This document shows positions 34,250-42,559 of a stretch of DNA of 44,191 bases, in pieces (the stretch's first letter is position 1; every line of letters begins with the position of its first letter). The translations under genes were made by a program, and so were the position numbers. The stretch lies in NCBI GenBank assembly GCA_964514495.1, contig CAZERL010000001.1, positions 1 to 44,191 on the forward strand. The letters run 5' to 3'. The notes under the pieces were generated by a model. The model saw only the letters and a list, made by a program, of their open reading frames with translations, did no database searches and was not told the origin of the DNA. The DNA is from an uncultured archaeon. GTDB taxonomy: Archaea; Aenigmatarchaeota; Aenigmatarchaeia; CG10238-14; SCSR01.

Positions 34250-35562
34250 ACTTTCGTTCCAGTACCGATTCCAATAACTGGCACATGCAACTTTGGCAAA
34301 ATATTTTTACCGTCCACAACAAACTTCAATCCAGGAACCTTCCTATAGTCAAAATTCTTGAATTGCGAATGGTCACAGCCTATAATTAAAACGTCGCATC
34401 CATCTTTCTCAGGATCGCATGGCATAAATCCCATTTTTGCCAACTCTTCATCCGCGAATAGCGGCTCGTACACATAAGTCTTAATACCCTCACGCTTCAG
34501 AAGATTGTGCAAAACTATTGCAGGACTATCCCTCAAATCCCTTACATCACCCTTGTACGCCAATCCGAATATAACAACTTTCGAATTATGAAGTTTGACA
34601 TTGAATTCTTCACCCGCCTTTTTCAAAAGATTGTATGTATAATACGGCATACTTTCATTCGACCACATCGCATTCCATAAAGTAGTAAACTGAACACCAG
34701 CTTCTTCACCGGCAGATATAAGATAATAGGGGTCTTTAGGGATGCAACTACCACCCACACCTATGCCCGGATAATGTTTTGAAAATCCAATTGGCTTTGT
34801 TGCAGCAGCATTTACAACTTCTACAACATTTATCCCAGCAGCATCACAGAACTTCGCAAACTCGTTAATGAACCCGATATTTAATGCTCTATAAGAATTT
34901 TCCAGCATCTTTGTAGCTTCTGCAGCTTCTAAGGATGAAACAGGATGAACCTTCTCAATAAAATTAGAATAGAAAGCCACACCAACCCCCAAACTATCTT
35001 TAGTTATCCCACCAACAACTTTAGGAATTTTATTTATAGTGTAAGTAGTATTTCCAGGGTCTATCCTTTCAGGCGATGCAACAAGATAAAAATCATCGCC
35101 AGCTTTCATTCCAGACTCTTCTTCTATTATAGGCACAATCTCCTTTCTTGTCATTCCAGGCGCAACAGTACTTTCATTTACCACCAAACTCCCTCTCTTC
35201 AAGTCCTTCCCAATCACCCTAGCTATATCCTTGACTGCAGTTAGATTTGGCCTTCTGTCTGGAAACATCGGGGTCTGCACACAAATCATCGTAACATCAG
35301 AATTTTTTTCATATTCGTTAGAAAATGTCATCTTCCCTTCCGATGCCAACCTCTTTAGAGCCGTAGAGTCGATTTCTTTCAAGTCTTCCAAAGGATTTTC
35401 CCCTTTAGATAAAGCGCTAGTCTTCCATTCGTTTCTATCCGTCCCATGCACCTTAAATCCAGCTTTCCCTATCTCTACAGCCAATGGTATGCCAACATAG
35501 CCCATCCCAAAGACATTTACAACAGCTGTTTTGTTAGTTATCTTCTCCTTAAGGCTCTCCAT
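34246..35562 (-). CDS. Nucleotide-sugar 6-dehydrogenase (UDP-glucose/GDP-mannose dehydrogenase family; Ugd or WecC type)
   Basis: 438 aa. VFGMGYVGIPLA (GxGxxG) and GVGGSCIPKDP (catalytic Cys motif GGxCxxKD). Confidence 0.85.
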   Translation of the reverse strand: MESLKEKITNKTAVVNVFGMGYVGIPLAVEIGKAGFKVHGTDRNEWKTSALSKGENPLEDLKEIDSTALKRLASEGKMTFSNEYEKNSDVTMICVQTPMFPDRRPNLTAVKDIARVIGKDLKRGSLVVNESTVAPGMTRKEIVPIIEEESGMKAGDDFYLVASPERIDPGNTTYTINKIPKVVGGITKDSLGVGVAFYSNFIEKVHPVSSLEAAEATKMLENSYRALNIGFINEFAKFCDAAGINVVEVVNAAATKPIGFSKHYPGIGVGGSCIPKDPYYLISAGEEAGVQFTTLWNAMWSNESMPYYTYNLLKKAGEEFNVKLHNSKVVIFGLAYKGDVRDLRDSPAIVLHNLLKREGIKTYVYEPLFADEELAKMGFMPCDPEKDGCDVLIIGCDHSQFKNFDYRKVPGLKFVVDGKNILPKLHVPVIGIGTGTKV

Positions 35563-35636
35563 TCTAAATAGCTATTACTATAGATTTATTACCTTTACGT
35601 TTCGATTATCTGTTAAGAACTATAAATGGTTTGAAC

Positions 35637-37856
35637 ATGACATTAATCAAAAAAATATTCAACAATTGGCTTTTTCCATTAGCAATTCTTGCTTTAATAA
35701 TTTTCATAGGTGTATCTGTCCGTTTAACTACAATAAATGCACCTACAGTGCTAGATTATGATCCGTGGTGGTATTACAGACATGCGACAGAAATAATAAA
35801 CAACAACATGCAACCACCAAAATGGGATTTACTTAGTTACTATCCACCTGGAAGACCGTTTGAACCATTTTTAGGTTGGATTTATACCATGATTCTATTC
35901 TTCAAGATCGCTCAAATATTCGTTAGTGATATAGCGTTTGTAGTCATAGCCAAATGGTCACCATTAATAATGGTTGCTCTCGGTGGCATTTCAGCATTCT
36001 TTTTGGGAAAATTAATCACCAACAATATAGGCGGTTTATTTACAGCATTGTTTGCCATACTGCCGCCAACTTTTATCGGAGTCTCTATGGCGGGCTACTC
36101 AGATAACGATCCTGTTGTAGTGTTCTATACGTTCCTGTCAATGTTCTCTATAATGCTCGCAATGAAAAAGCGATCAGTGCCATTTTACGTCTTGGCGATA
36201 CTAACGAATTTAATTTTTGCATATAATTGGAATGGTGGCTGGTTTGTATCGCTTCTGTTTTTAATCTTTTTGCCAGCCTTAGTTATTTTTAGAATTGTCG
36301 AAGAAACTATTCACAACAGAAATCTGAAAGTAAATTTAAGCAATATACTATTTGAAATAAAGCATCTGGCCGTACCATTGCTGATTGTTATTGTCATCGC
36401 CAATTTAATCGGTGTAATAACCAACCTTGGTAATGTCTTCATATCTTTTCTGATAAGCCTGGGTTTCGTAAATCCTGGCCAAGGCCTATTAGTTAACATT
36501 TCAGTCGCGGAATTGCAGAGAATAAACGTTCTCACTACAGAAGGATTTCTTACTATTGCAAGTAGGATCGGAGTGACACCTACTTTATTAGCACTTATAG
36601 GGTTACCTTTATTGGTAATCTACAAACTATATAGAAGGATTAAAATAGAGTATCATGAAATTTTCCTGTTTCTCTGGCTTGCCGCCACTTTTTACATGAT
36701 ATTAAACGGCACCAGATTTTCTTTGCAATTCTCCTCGGCCGTTGCTGCCTCAGCTGGCTATTTGATAGCCCAATTTTCCAAATACAAAAGAACATCATTG
36801 GTGATACTTACCTCTATTTTAATTTATATGACATCCATCAACAACACATTTTTACTGCCCACATTTTTAGTAACTATGATAACAATTTTTTCATTGTTTA
36901 AACGGCATACAGAAACCCCAGACCTGCATCTGGCAACTTTATTCGGGGTTGTACTCATCTTATCACTCTTTTTCATTTCTGAGGCAATTCAAGTTGGCCA
37001 AGGCTCTACTGGCTTAGAAATAAGTGGAAATTGGCTAAACGGTTTGGAATGGCTCAAGCAAAATGCCGATAAAGATGCATTAATTGCAACTTGGTGGGAT
37101 CCTGGTCATATTATAGCTGGATATACTGGATTGAAAGTTCATGCGGATGGGGCGCATTGTGCTCCTGGCGAGTGCATACCCTACAACCATAACATAAGAA
37201 TCCAAGATATGGGCAGAACATTTTCGATAAGCAATGAAGAAGAAGCTGTGAAAATTTTAAAGAAATATATGCAACTGACGCCAGAACAGTGCAGCGAAGC
37301 TAAGAAGCAATTTGCAGATATAATGCCTCAAGATGCGTGCAAACCTGTCAGTGAGATGTATGTCATCGCCAGCAGCGATTTAATCGGCAAATATTATTGG
37401 CTAAATTATTTCGGTACAGGGGCTGGAAGAAATTTTATAGAATGCCGATTATCACAGGAGTTGACACAACAGCAGAACACCCCATCGTATGGCTGTGCTA
37501 CAGGCTCTCCCATGACAGTAACAATGGCTCAAAAGGATGATCAGGTATTTGCTGTAATAAATATGCCTTCTCTGGGTTTAAGAAATGCAATTAGCAGAGA
37601 TTTGATTTACTTTAATAATAATCAAGAAGTTAGAGTTCGAACGAATATAACAAATGCTATAGATGGGCTAATGCTTATAGAACCAGGATTCGGCATATCC
37701 ATTTTTATGGAACAAGCTGTTCGCGACTCCATTTACACAAACATGTATTTCTTTAATGGAAATGGTATATCTGAATTCAACATACCAAAACTTAATAAGT
37801 TCAAGCTGGTTTATAACAACCCAGAATTAAAGATATTCAAAGTTGACTTCTCATAA
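35637..37856 (+). CDS. aglB: Archaeal oligosaccharyltransferase AglB (STT3 family)
   Basis: About 739 aa. First-loop LDYDPWWYYRH (DxD), EL5 motif NISVAELQ (TIxE/SVSE type) and ATWWDPGH (WWDxG). 13-TM-like N-terminal domain plus a soluble C-terminal domain. A TTG at 35631 is an alternative start. Confidence 0.9.
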   Translation: MTLIKKIFNNWLFPLAILALIIFIGVSVRLTTINAPTVLDYDPWWYYRHATEIINNNMQPPKWDLLSYYPPGRPFEPFLGWIYTMILFFKIAQIFVSDIAFVVIAKWSPLIMVALGGISAFFLGKLITNNIGGLFTALFAILPPTFIGVSMAGYSDNDPVVVFYTFLSMFSIMLAMKKRSVPFYVLAILTNLIFAYNWNGGWFVSLLFLIFLPALVIFRIVEETIHNRNLKVNLSNILFEIKHLAVPLLIVIVIANLIGVITNLGNVFISFLISLGFVNPGQGLLVNISVAELQRINVLTTEGFLTIASRIGVTPTLLALIGLPLLVIYKLYRRIKIEYHEIFLFLWLAATFYMILNGTRFSLQFSSAVAASAGYLIAQFSKYKRTSLVILTSILIYMTSINNTFLLPTFLVTMITIFSLFKRHTETPDLHLATLFGVVLILSLFFISEAIQVGQGSTGLEISGNWLNGLEWLKQNADKDALIATWWDPGHIIAGYTGLKVHADGAHCAPGECIPYNHNIRIQDMGRTFSISNEEEAVKILKKYMQLTPEQCSEAKKQFADIMPQDACKPVSEMYVIASSDLIGKYYWLNYFGTGAGRNFIECRLSQELTQQQNTPSYGCATGSPMTVTMAQKDDQVFAVINMPSLGLRNAISRDLIYFNNNQEVRVRTNITNAIDGLMLIEPGFGISIFMEQAVRDSIYTNMYFFNGNGISEFNIPKLNKFKLVYNNPELKIFKVDFS

Positions 37857-37857
37857 A

Positions 37858-37866
37858 TTTATATTA
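37858..37866 (+). promoter_or_regulatory. TATA box (TTTATATTA) for the histone gene, with leaderless spacing
   Basis: Centred about 25 nt upstream of the ATG at 37887, preceded by the A-rich BRE-like CATAAA, with no SD motif between. Confidence 0.35.
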
Positions 37867-37886
37867 TTCAAATTAGAATTCTAACT

Positions 37887-38093
37887 ATGCCTATCCTGCC
37901 CCGTGCGCCCTTTGAAAGATTCCTAAAGCAAGCAGGTGCAAAAAGAGTATCTCAAGATGCCTTGGATGAATTTGCAAACGTCTTGGAAGAAAAACTGTCT
38001 AAAATAGTCGCCGACGCAGCACTTCTCGCCAAACACGCCGGCAGGAAAACTATTTTGGCAGAAGATATACGCATGGCCAGGAAAAAAGTTTAA
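37887..38093 (+). CDS. Archaeal histone (HMfA/B family)
   Basis: 68 aa. PILPRAPFERFLKQAGAKRVSQDALDEF..LAKHAGRKTILAEDIRMA aligns along its full length with my memory of HMf-type histone folds. Confidence 0.9.
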   Translation: MPILPRAPFERFLKQAGAKRVSQDALDEFANVLEEKLSKIVADAALLAKHAGRKTILAEDIRMARKKV

Positions 38094-38115
38094 TGTATAT
38101 CCTGATATTGTTTAT

Positions 38116-39072
38116 ATGGATTTCTCAGATGAGATTTTGGATAAGATTTCAAGGAAAAGCGGCTTGTCAAAGGAAGAATTGGTAAATAGGATAAATGACA
38201 AGGCTAATGAATTTTCAGGACTAATTACAAAGGAAGGCGCAGTCTATATCGTAGGCAAGGAATTGGGCGTGGAAATGGAAAAAGCGAATAAACTATTGAA
38301 ATTGAAGGACATAACACCTGATTTCAAGAAATTGAGCGTTTCAGGCAGGGTAATTAGAATTTCGCCTATAAAGGAATTTGTAAAAAGCAACGGCAACAAA
38401 GGCAGGGTAGCAAACATTTACTTAAGCGACGGCACGGGGTATGTGAGATTGCCTTTGTGGGACGACCAAGTTAATTTGGTCGAAGAGGGCCTGGTTTCGT
38501 TGAATAGCATAATTGAAGTATCGGATGCAATGTTAAGGGAGAATACTTTCGGGGAGCTGGAGATTTCACTGGGCAGATTCGGCAGTATCCGCCTTGCAGA
38601 CGATATCCATAATCTCCCTTCTTCAGAAGAATTGATTGAAAAATACTTCCCATCATCTCCTAGAAGAACGTTTATAAAAGACATAGTGCCAGGCAGTGTT
38701 GAAATCTCGGGCCATGTCGTTCAAATCTTCAAAGGCAAGTTTGTGTTCAATAACCAGGAAAACGAGGACTATATAATTATTTCTTGTATACTTGACGACG
38801 GCACTGGCGACATCAGAGCAGTTTTCTTTAGAGAACTGGCGGAAGAGATTAGCGGGTTAAAAACAGATGCGTTGGTTGGATTAGATTTTGACCAAAGATA
38901 TCAACTTGTGTCCAAAAATTTGCTGGGCAAAGAGCTTGTTGTACAAGGCAGGGTAGTTAAAAACAGGAATTTTGATAGGCTGGAAATGACGGCTAATCAA
39001 ATCAAAAGCTTAAATGTTTTAGAAGAGAGTAGAAAATTAGTCGATTCGTTAGAAACGATAGTTGGTGTGTAG
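38116..39072 (+). CDS. RPA-like single-stranded-DNA-binding protein (two OB folds)
   Basis: 318 aa. N-terminal helical ..[19 protein letters not shown] fold 1 [37 protein letters not shown] second OB fold is at [23 protein letters not shown]. Confidence 0.75.
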   Translation: MDFSDEILDKISRKSGLSKEELVNRINDKANEFSGLITKEGAVYIVGKELGVEMEKANKLLKLKDITPDFKKLSVSGRVIRISPIKEFVKSNGNKGRVANIYLSDGTGYVRLPLWDDQVNLVEEGLVSLNSIIEVSDAMLRENTFGELEISLGRFGSIRLADDIHNLPSSEELIEKYFPSSPRRTFIKDIVPGSVEISGHVVQIFKGKFVFNNQENEDYIIISCILDDGTGDIRAVFFRELAEEISGLKTDALVGLDFDQRYQLVSKNLLGKELVVQGRVVKNRNFDRLEMTANQIKSLNVLEESRKLVDSLETIVGV

Positions 39073-40021
39073 ATTGCCAAAGAAGGAAATTACAATAGAC
39101 GATTTGCCTGGTGTAGGGGAAAAGATAGGCGAAAAGTTGAGGGAAATAGGCTATTCAGATCCTATGGCAATTGCAGTCACATCACCGTCTGAATTGGCTG
39201 CGATAGCTGAGATAGGCGAAGGGCAGGCAGCAAAGATAATCAATGCCGCAAGGCAGAAGCTTGATATTGGTTATGAGACTGCGGACAAGATTTTGGAAAG
39301 GAGGACTTCTGTTGCAAAGATTTCAACCGGCTGCAAGGGTTTAGATAATCTGCTCGGCGGTGGTATAGAGACACAAGCCATCACGGAAATGTACGGTGCA
39401 TTTGGTTCGGGAAAAACCCAGATAGGATTCCAAATAGCAGTGAATGTTCAATTACCAAAGGAGCAAGGCGGGTTAGACGGGAGTGTGCTTTTTATTGATA
39501 CTGAGAACACTTTCAGGCCAGAAAGGATCGTGCAGATAGCAAAAGGGTTGAAATTAGACCCGGAAAAGGTCTTGAAAAATATTTCGGTTGCCAGGGCGTT
39601 TAATTCAGAACACCAAATGCTTCTTATAGAGAAAGTTCCGGAGATGATAGAAGAAAAGAAAGTTAAATTAATTATAATTGACAGCCTAACGTCGCACTTC
39701 AGAGCTGACTTTATTGGTAGAGGTGAATTGGCCAGCAGACAGCAGAAGTTAAACAAGCATTTGCACCAACTCCAGAGACTAGCCGATGCCTACAATTTAG
39801 TAGTCTATATCACAAACCAAGTCATGTCAAGGCCAGATATTTTATTCGGAGACCCGACAAGTCCGATAGGTGGTCATGTCCTTGCACATCAAGCCACTTA
39901 TAGGTGCTACCTAAGACGAGGCAGGGAAAACACCAGAGTATGCAAATTAGTTGATAGTCCTGGGTTGCCGGAGAGCGAAGCTGTATTCAAAATTACTGAA
40001 GCAGGCGTAAAAGATATCTAG
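39062..40021 (+). CDS. radA: DNA repair and recombination protein RadA
   Basis: 319 aa. HhH region [18 protein letters not shown], Walker [10 protein letters not shown], Walker B LIIIDS. The start is uncertain (TTG at 39062, GTG at 39065 or TTG at 39074). Confidence 0.92.
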   Translation: MVCRLPKKEITIDDLPGVGEKIGEKLREIGYSDPMAIAVTSPSELAAIAEIGEGQAAKIINAARQKLDIGYETADKILERRTSVAKISTGCKGLDNLLGGGIETQAITEMYGAFGSGKTQIGFQIAVNVQLPKEQGGLDGSVLFIDTENTFRPERIVQIAKGLKLDPEKVLKNISVARAFNSEHQMLLIEKVPEMIEEKKVKLIIIDSLTSHFRADFIGRGELASRQQKLNKHLHQLQRLADAYNLVVYITNQVMSRPDILFGDPTSPIGGHVLAHQATYRCYLRRGRENTRVCKLVDSPGLPESEAVFKITEAGVKDI

Positions 40022-40022
40022 A

Positions 40023-40604
40023 TTATTTAACCAGGCTGTAAATGGGCGGGCCGAATTGCGTGAAGATTACCAAATTGAATATTATGTTTGTTATCGAAAA
40101 TGGTATGTAATATCCTAAATTTTGCGGGAATGTAATTGCAGTCAAGATTATGCTGATTGCATTGATTCCTATTGTGATGTAAATGCCTAAAGTAGCAAAG
40201 TCAATTCCTGTTATCGTACTTCCCAAAATGCCTGCTGCGACATAAAACGGAATTGTCCATAAGATGTATATCCCAGCTGCAAAATGGCCGACGATCAAAT
40301 GTGTTACAATCAAAATAAATCCTACAATGGCTCCTGCGGTTGGCCCAAAGGCAAAGCCAGCAAGAACACTAGTAAACGTAACCAGCTCTACGCCTATCGA
40401 CTTGGCCATCTGGAAAGTCCCTATCAAGTAGCTTATTGCCAAACTTATGCCAATCAGCAAAGCCAGCAGGAAAAATTTCTGTAGAATCAAAACCATGACA
40501 AGAATCGAGAAACCCAAGGCCAGATATTTCATCAGGCCCCTGTTTTCCACCACATCTATTAATTTCATTAATTTCAAATCGTTGTTTAACATTAATAAGT
40601 GCAC
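40023..40604 (-). CDS. Hypothetical polytopic membrane protein
   Basis: About 5 hydrophobic helices; I recognise no family. The GTG at 40604 leaves only 13 nt to the divergent Bud32 start. The ATG at 40532 (MKYLALGF, preceded by AGGGG) may be the real start. Confidence 0.5.
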   Translation of the reverse strand: MHLLMLNNDLKLMKLIDVVENRGLMKYLALGFSILVMVLILQKFFLLALLIGISLAISYLIGTFQMAKSIGVELVTFTSVLAGFAFGPTAGAIVGFILIVTHLIVGHFAAGIYILWTIPFYVAAGILGSTITGIDFATLGIYITIGINAISIILTAITFPQNLGYYIPFSITNIIFNLVIFTQFGPPIYSLVK

Positions 40605-40617
40605 TATAGGCGATAGT

Positions 40618-41241
40618 ATGGAGATAATTTACAGGGGTGCTGAAAGCATAATCAGTCTTGGTTCGTTTGAAGGTCAGGAGGCTATAGTCAAAGAAAGGGT
40701 TACAAAAGACTACAGAATCAAGCAATTGGATGATAAGCTGAGGAAAGAGAGGACGAAGAAAGAAGTGAAACTGCTTACAGAGGCAAGAAAGGTCGGCGTG
40801 CTCACGCCGAAAATACTCAATGTGAATGAAAAGAATTTTAAGATAGTCATGGAGAACATTTCTGGTGTTAGGGTGAAGGAATTTCTAAATTCTTCTGGGG
40901 AGGATGAGATTAAGGATACCTGTTTTAAGATAGGCAAGCTTGTCGGCAAGCTGCATCAGAATAACATAATCCACGGCGATTTGACAACTTCCAACATGAT
41001 TTTAAAAGGCGATGAAATATATTTCATTGATTTTAGTTTGGGCGATATATCCAGCAGGATTGAGGACAAAGGGGTGGATTTGAATTTGTTTAAAGAAGCG
41101 CTGAAGTCAACTCATTTCAAGATTGTTGATAAGTGTTGGCTTAACTTCCTTGAGGGATATAGGAAGGAATATTTGGGTTCTGAGGACGTATTATTAAAGC
41201 TTAAAGAGATAAAAAAACGTGTAAGATATGCAGAGAGGTAG
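40618..41241 (+). CDS. Bud32/PRPK-type atypical kinase (KEOPS subunit), stand-alone
   Basis: 207 aa from the ATG at 40618. MEIIYRGAES..VKERV.K.YR...LD..LR..RT..E.KLL..A...GV..P, catalytic loop HGDLTTSNMIL, then IDFSLG. The ORF-track start at 40447 would overlap the divergent membrane gene. Confidence 0.85.
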   Translation: MEIIYRGAESIISLGSFEGQEAIVKERVTKDYRIKQLDDKLRKERTKKEVKLLTEARKVGVLTPKILNVNEKNFKIVMENISGVRVKEFLNSSGEDEIKDTCFKIGKLVGKLHQNNIIHGDLTTSNMILKGDEIYFIDFSLGDISSRIEDKGVDLNLFKEALKSTHFKIVDKCWLNFLEGYRKEYLGSEDVLLKLKEIKKRVRYAER

Positions 41242-41259
41242 TATAAAGCAAGTGATCTG

Positions 41260-41490
41260 ATGAATTTGTTGTTTAATCTAAAAGGTAAGGACAAGTACGA
41301 GACTGTGGAAAACTATTCTATTGCAGTCATTTTGATAGGCGGCTTGATTTTGTCATCTGGCATGGCTCTAACAGCGATTGCTACAAAAGGAATACCAGCT
41401 ATTCTAGCTATGCTAGGCAGCTTAATTTCTTTCTTGGGTACCGTGGTATTGGTTTTTAGCTGGCTGGTAAAAGAGTTCAAAAGTGGTTGA
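41260..41490 (+). CDS. Hypothetical small 2-TM membrane protein
   Basis: 76-aa ORF with two hydrophobic helices. Its TGA directly abuts the S15 ATG (TGAATG). Confidence 0.45.
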   Translation: MNLLFNLKGKDKYETVENYSIAVILIGGLILSSGMALTAIATKGIPAILAMLGSLISFLGTVVLVFSWLVKEFKSG

Positions 41491-41949
41491 ATGGCAAGAA
41501 TATATTCAGGGAAAAAGGGTCGTTCAGGTTCAAAAAAACCAGTAACTAAGGTTAAGCCCAAATGGGTAAAGCAGACAGCAGAGGAAATCGAAAAGCTGAT
41601 TGTGGATTTGGCAAAGAGCAAATACAGATCTGCCTATATAGGAAATATTTTAAGGGACAGGCATGGTGTGCCTGATTCCAAACTAATAACAGGTAAAACG
41701 GTAAGCCGGATAATTAGTGAGAACAATTTATATCCAGATTATCCAGAAGATTTGCTAAATTTGTTCAAAAAGGTAGTTACGGTAAAAGAGCATTTGAATC
41801 TGAATAAATCCGATAAGCATACCAAAAGAGGTTTGCAAAATCTGGAGGCTAAAATAAGAAGGCTGATAAAGTACTATGGCGGAGAGGGGAAGATTCCCAA
41901 AGGTTTTGCATACGATTACCAGAAGGTGAAATTACTAGTTCAAAAGTAA
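41491..41949 (+). CDS. rps15: 30S ribosomal protein S15 (uS15, archaeal S15P/S13e type)
   Basis: 152 aa. MARIYSGKKGRSGSKKP N-terminus. C-terminal H..D.H..RGL..LE.KIRRL.KYY. Confidence 0.9.
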   Translation: MARIYSGKKGRSGSKKPVTKVKPKWVKQTAEEIEKLIVDLAKSKYRSAYIGNILRDRHGVPDSKLITGKTVSRIISENNLYPDYPEDLLNLFKKVVTVKEHLNLNKSDKHTKRGLQNLEAKIRRLIKYYGGEGKIPKGFAYDYQKVKLLVQK

Positions 41950-42007
41950 CTCCTAATGCAAAACTTAAAACTATATCTTGACAATGTTTTTAGATAAGTG
42001 ATGTAAA

Positions 42008-42559
42008 TTGGCGGCAAAGAAAATCAAAGAATGGTACAATGTTATAGCCCCAAAATACTTTGGGGAGAAAGAGATAGGGAAAACTTTGGCCACAGAACCG
42101 TCTAACTTGATTGGCAAGATAATCAATTTAAGCGCGGTTGAGTTGACAGACAACTTCAGCAAATATTACCTGAAATTCGCATTTAGAATCACTAAAGTGG
42201 AGGGAAAATCTGCATTCACTGATTTTGGCGGAACCGAATGCCTTAGAGATTATCTGTCTAGGATGGTATTGAGGAGAATCAGACGAATCGATACGGTTCA
42301 AGATTTAGTGACTTCTGACAAAAGGAAAATAAGGGTTAAAGGTTTAGGTGTAATCGGCAGAAGGGCTAAAAGCAGCATACAAGTGAAAGTCAGAAACAAG
42401 ATAAAGGATACGTTGAAATCTATCGTTGAAACTAGCACCTTGGAAGAATTTGTGGACGGAATGATTTCCGATGAAATCAAAAGCAGTATTATGAGAGAAG
42501 TTCGCAGCACTTATCCATTGAGGAACTTTGAGGTAAGAAAGACTGAGATTATTTCATGA
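42008..42559 (+). CDS. rps3ae: 30S ribosomal protein S3Ae (eS1)
   Basis: 183 aa from a TTG start. AAKKIKEWYNVIAPKYFGEKEIGKT... is the typical eS1 N-terminus. Confidence 0.9.
   Translation: MAAKKIKEWYNVIAPKYFGEKEIGKTLATEPSNLIGKIINLSAVELTDNFSKYYLKFAFRITKVEGKSAFTDFGGTECLRDYLSRMVLRRIRRIDTVQDLVTSDKRKIRVKGLGVIGRRAKSSIQVKVRNKIKDTLKSIVETSTLEEFVDGMISDEIKSSIMREVRSTYPLRNFEVRKTEIIS

Noticed and set aside
40447-40617. N-terminal extensions suggested by the ORF track: Bud32 from 40447, SDR from 4015, GT2 from 11349, GT4 from 13276, C-methyltransferase from 23818.
   Set aside because: The extensions overlap neighbouring genes or divergent starts. They add residues unlike the family N-termini, and a well-placed ATG gives the canonical N-terminus in each case.
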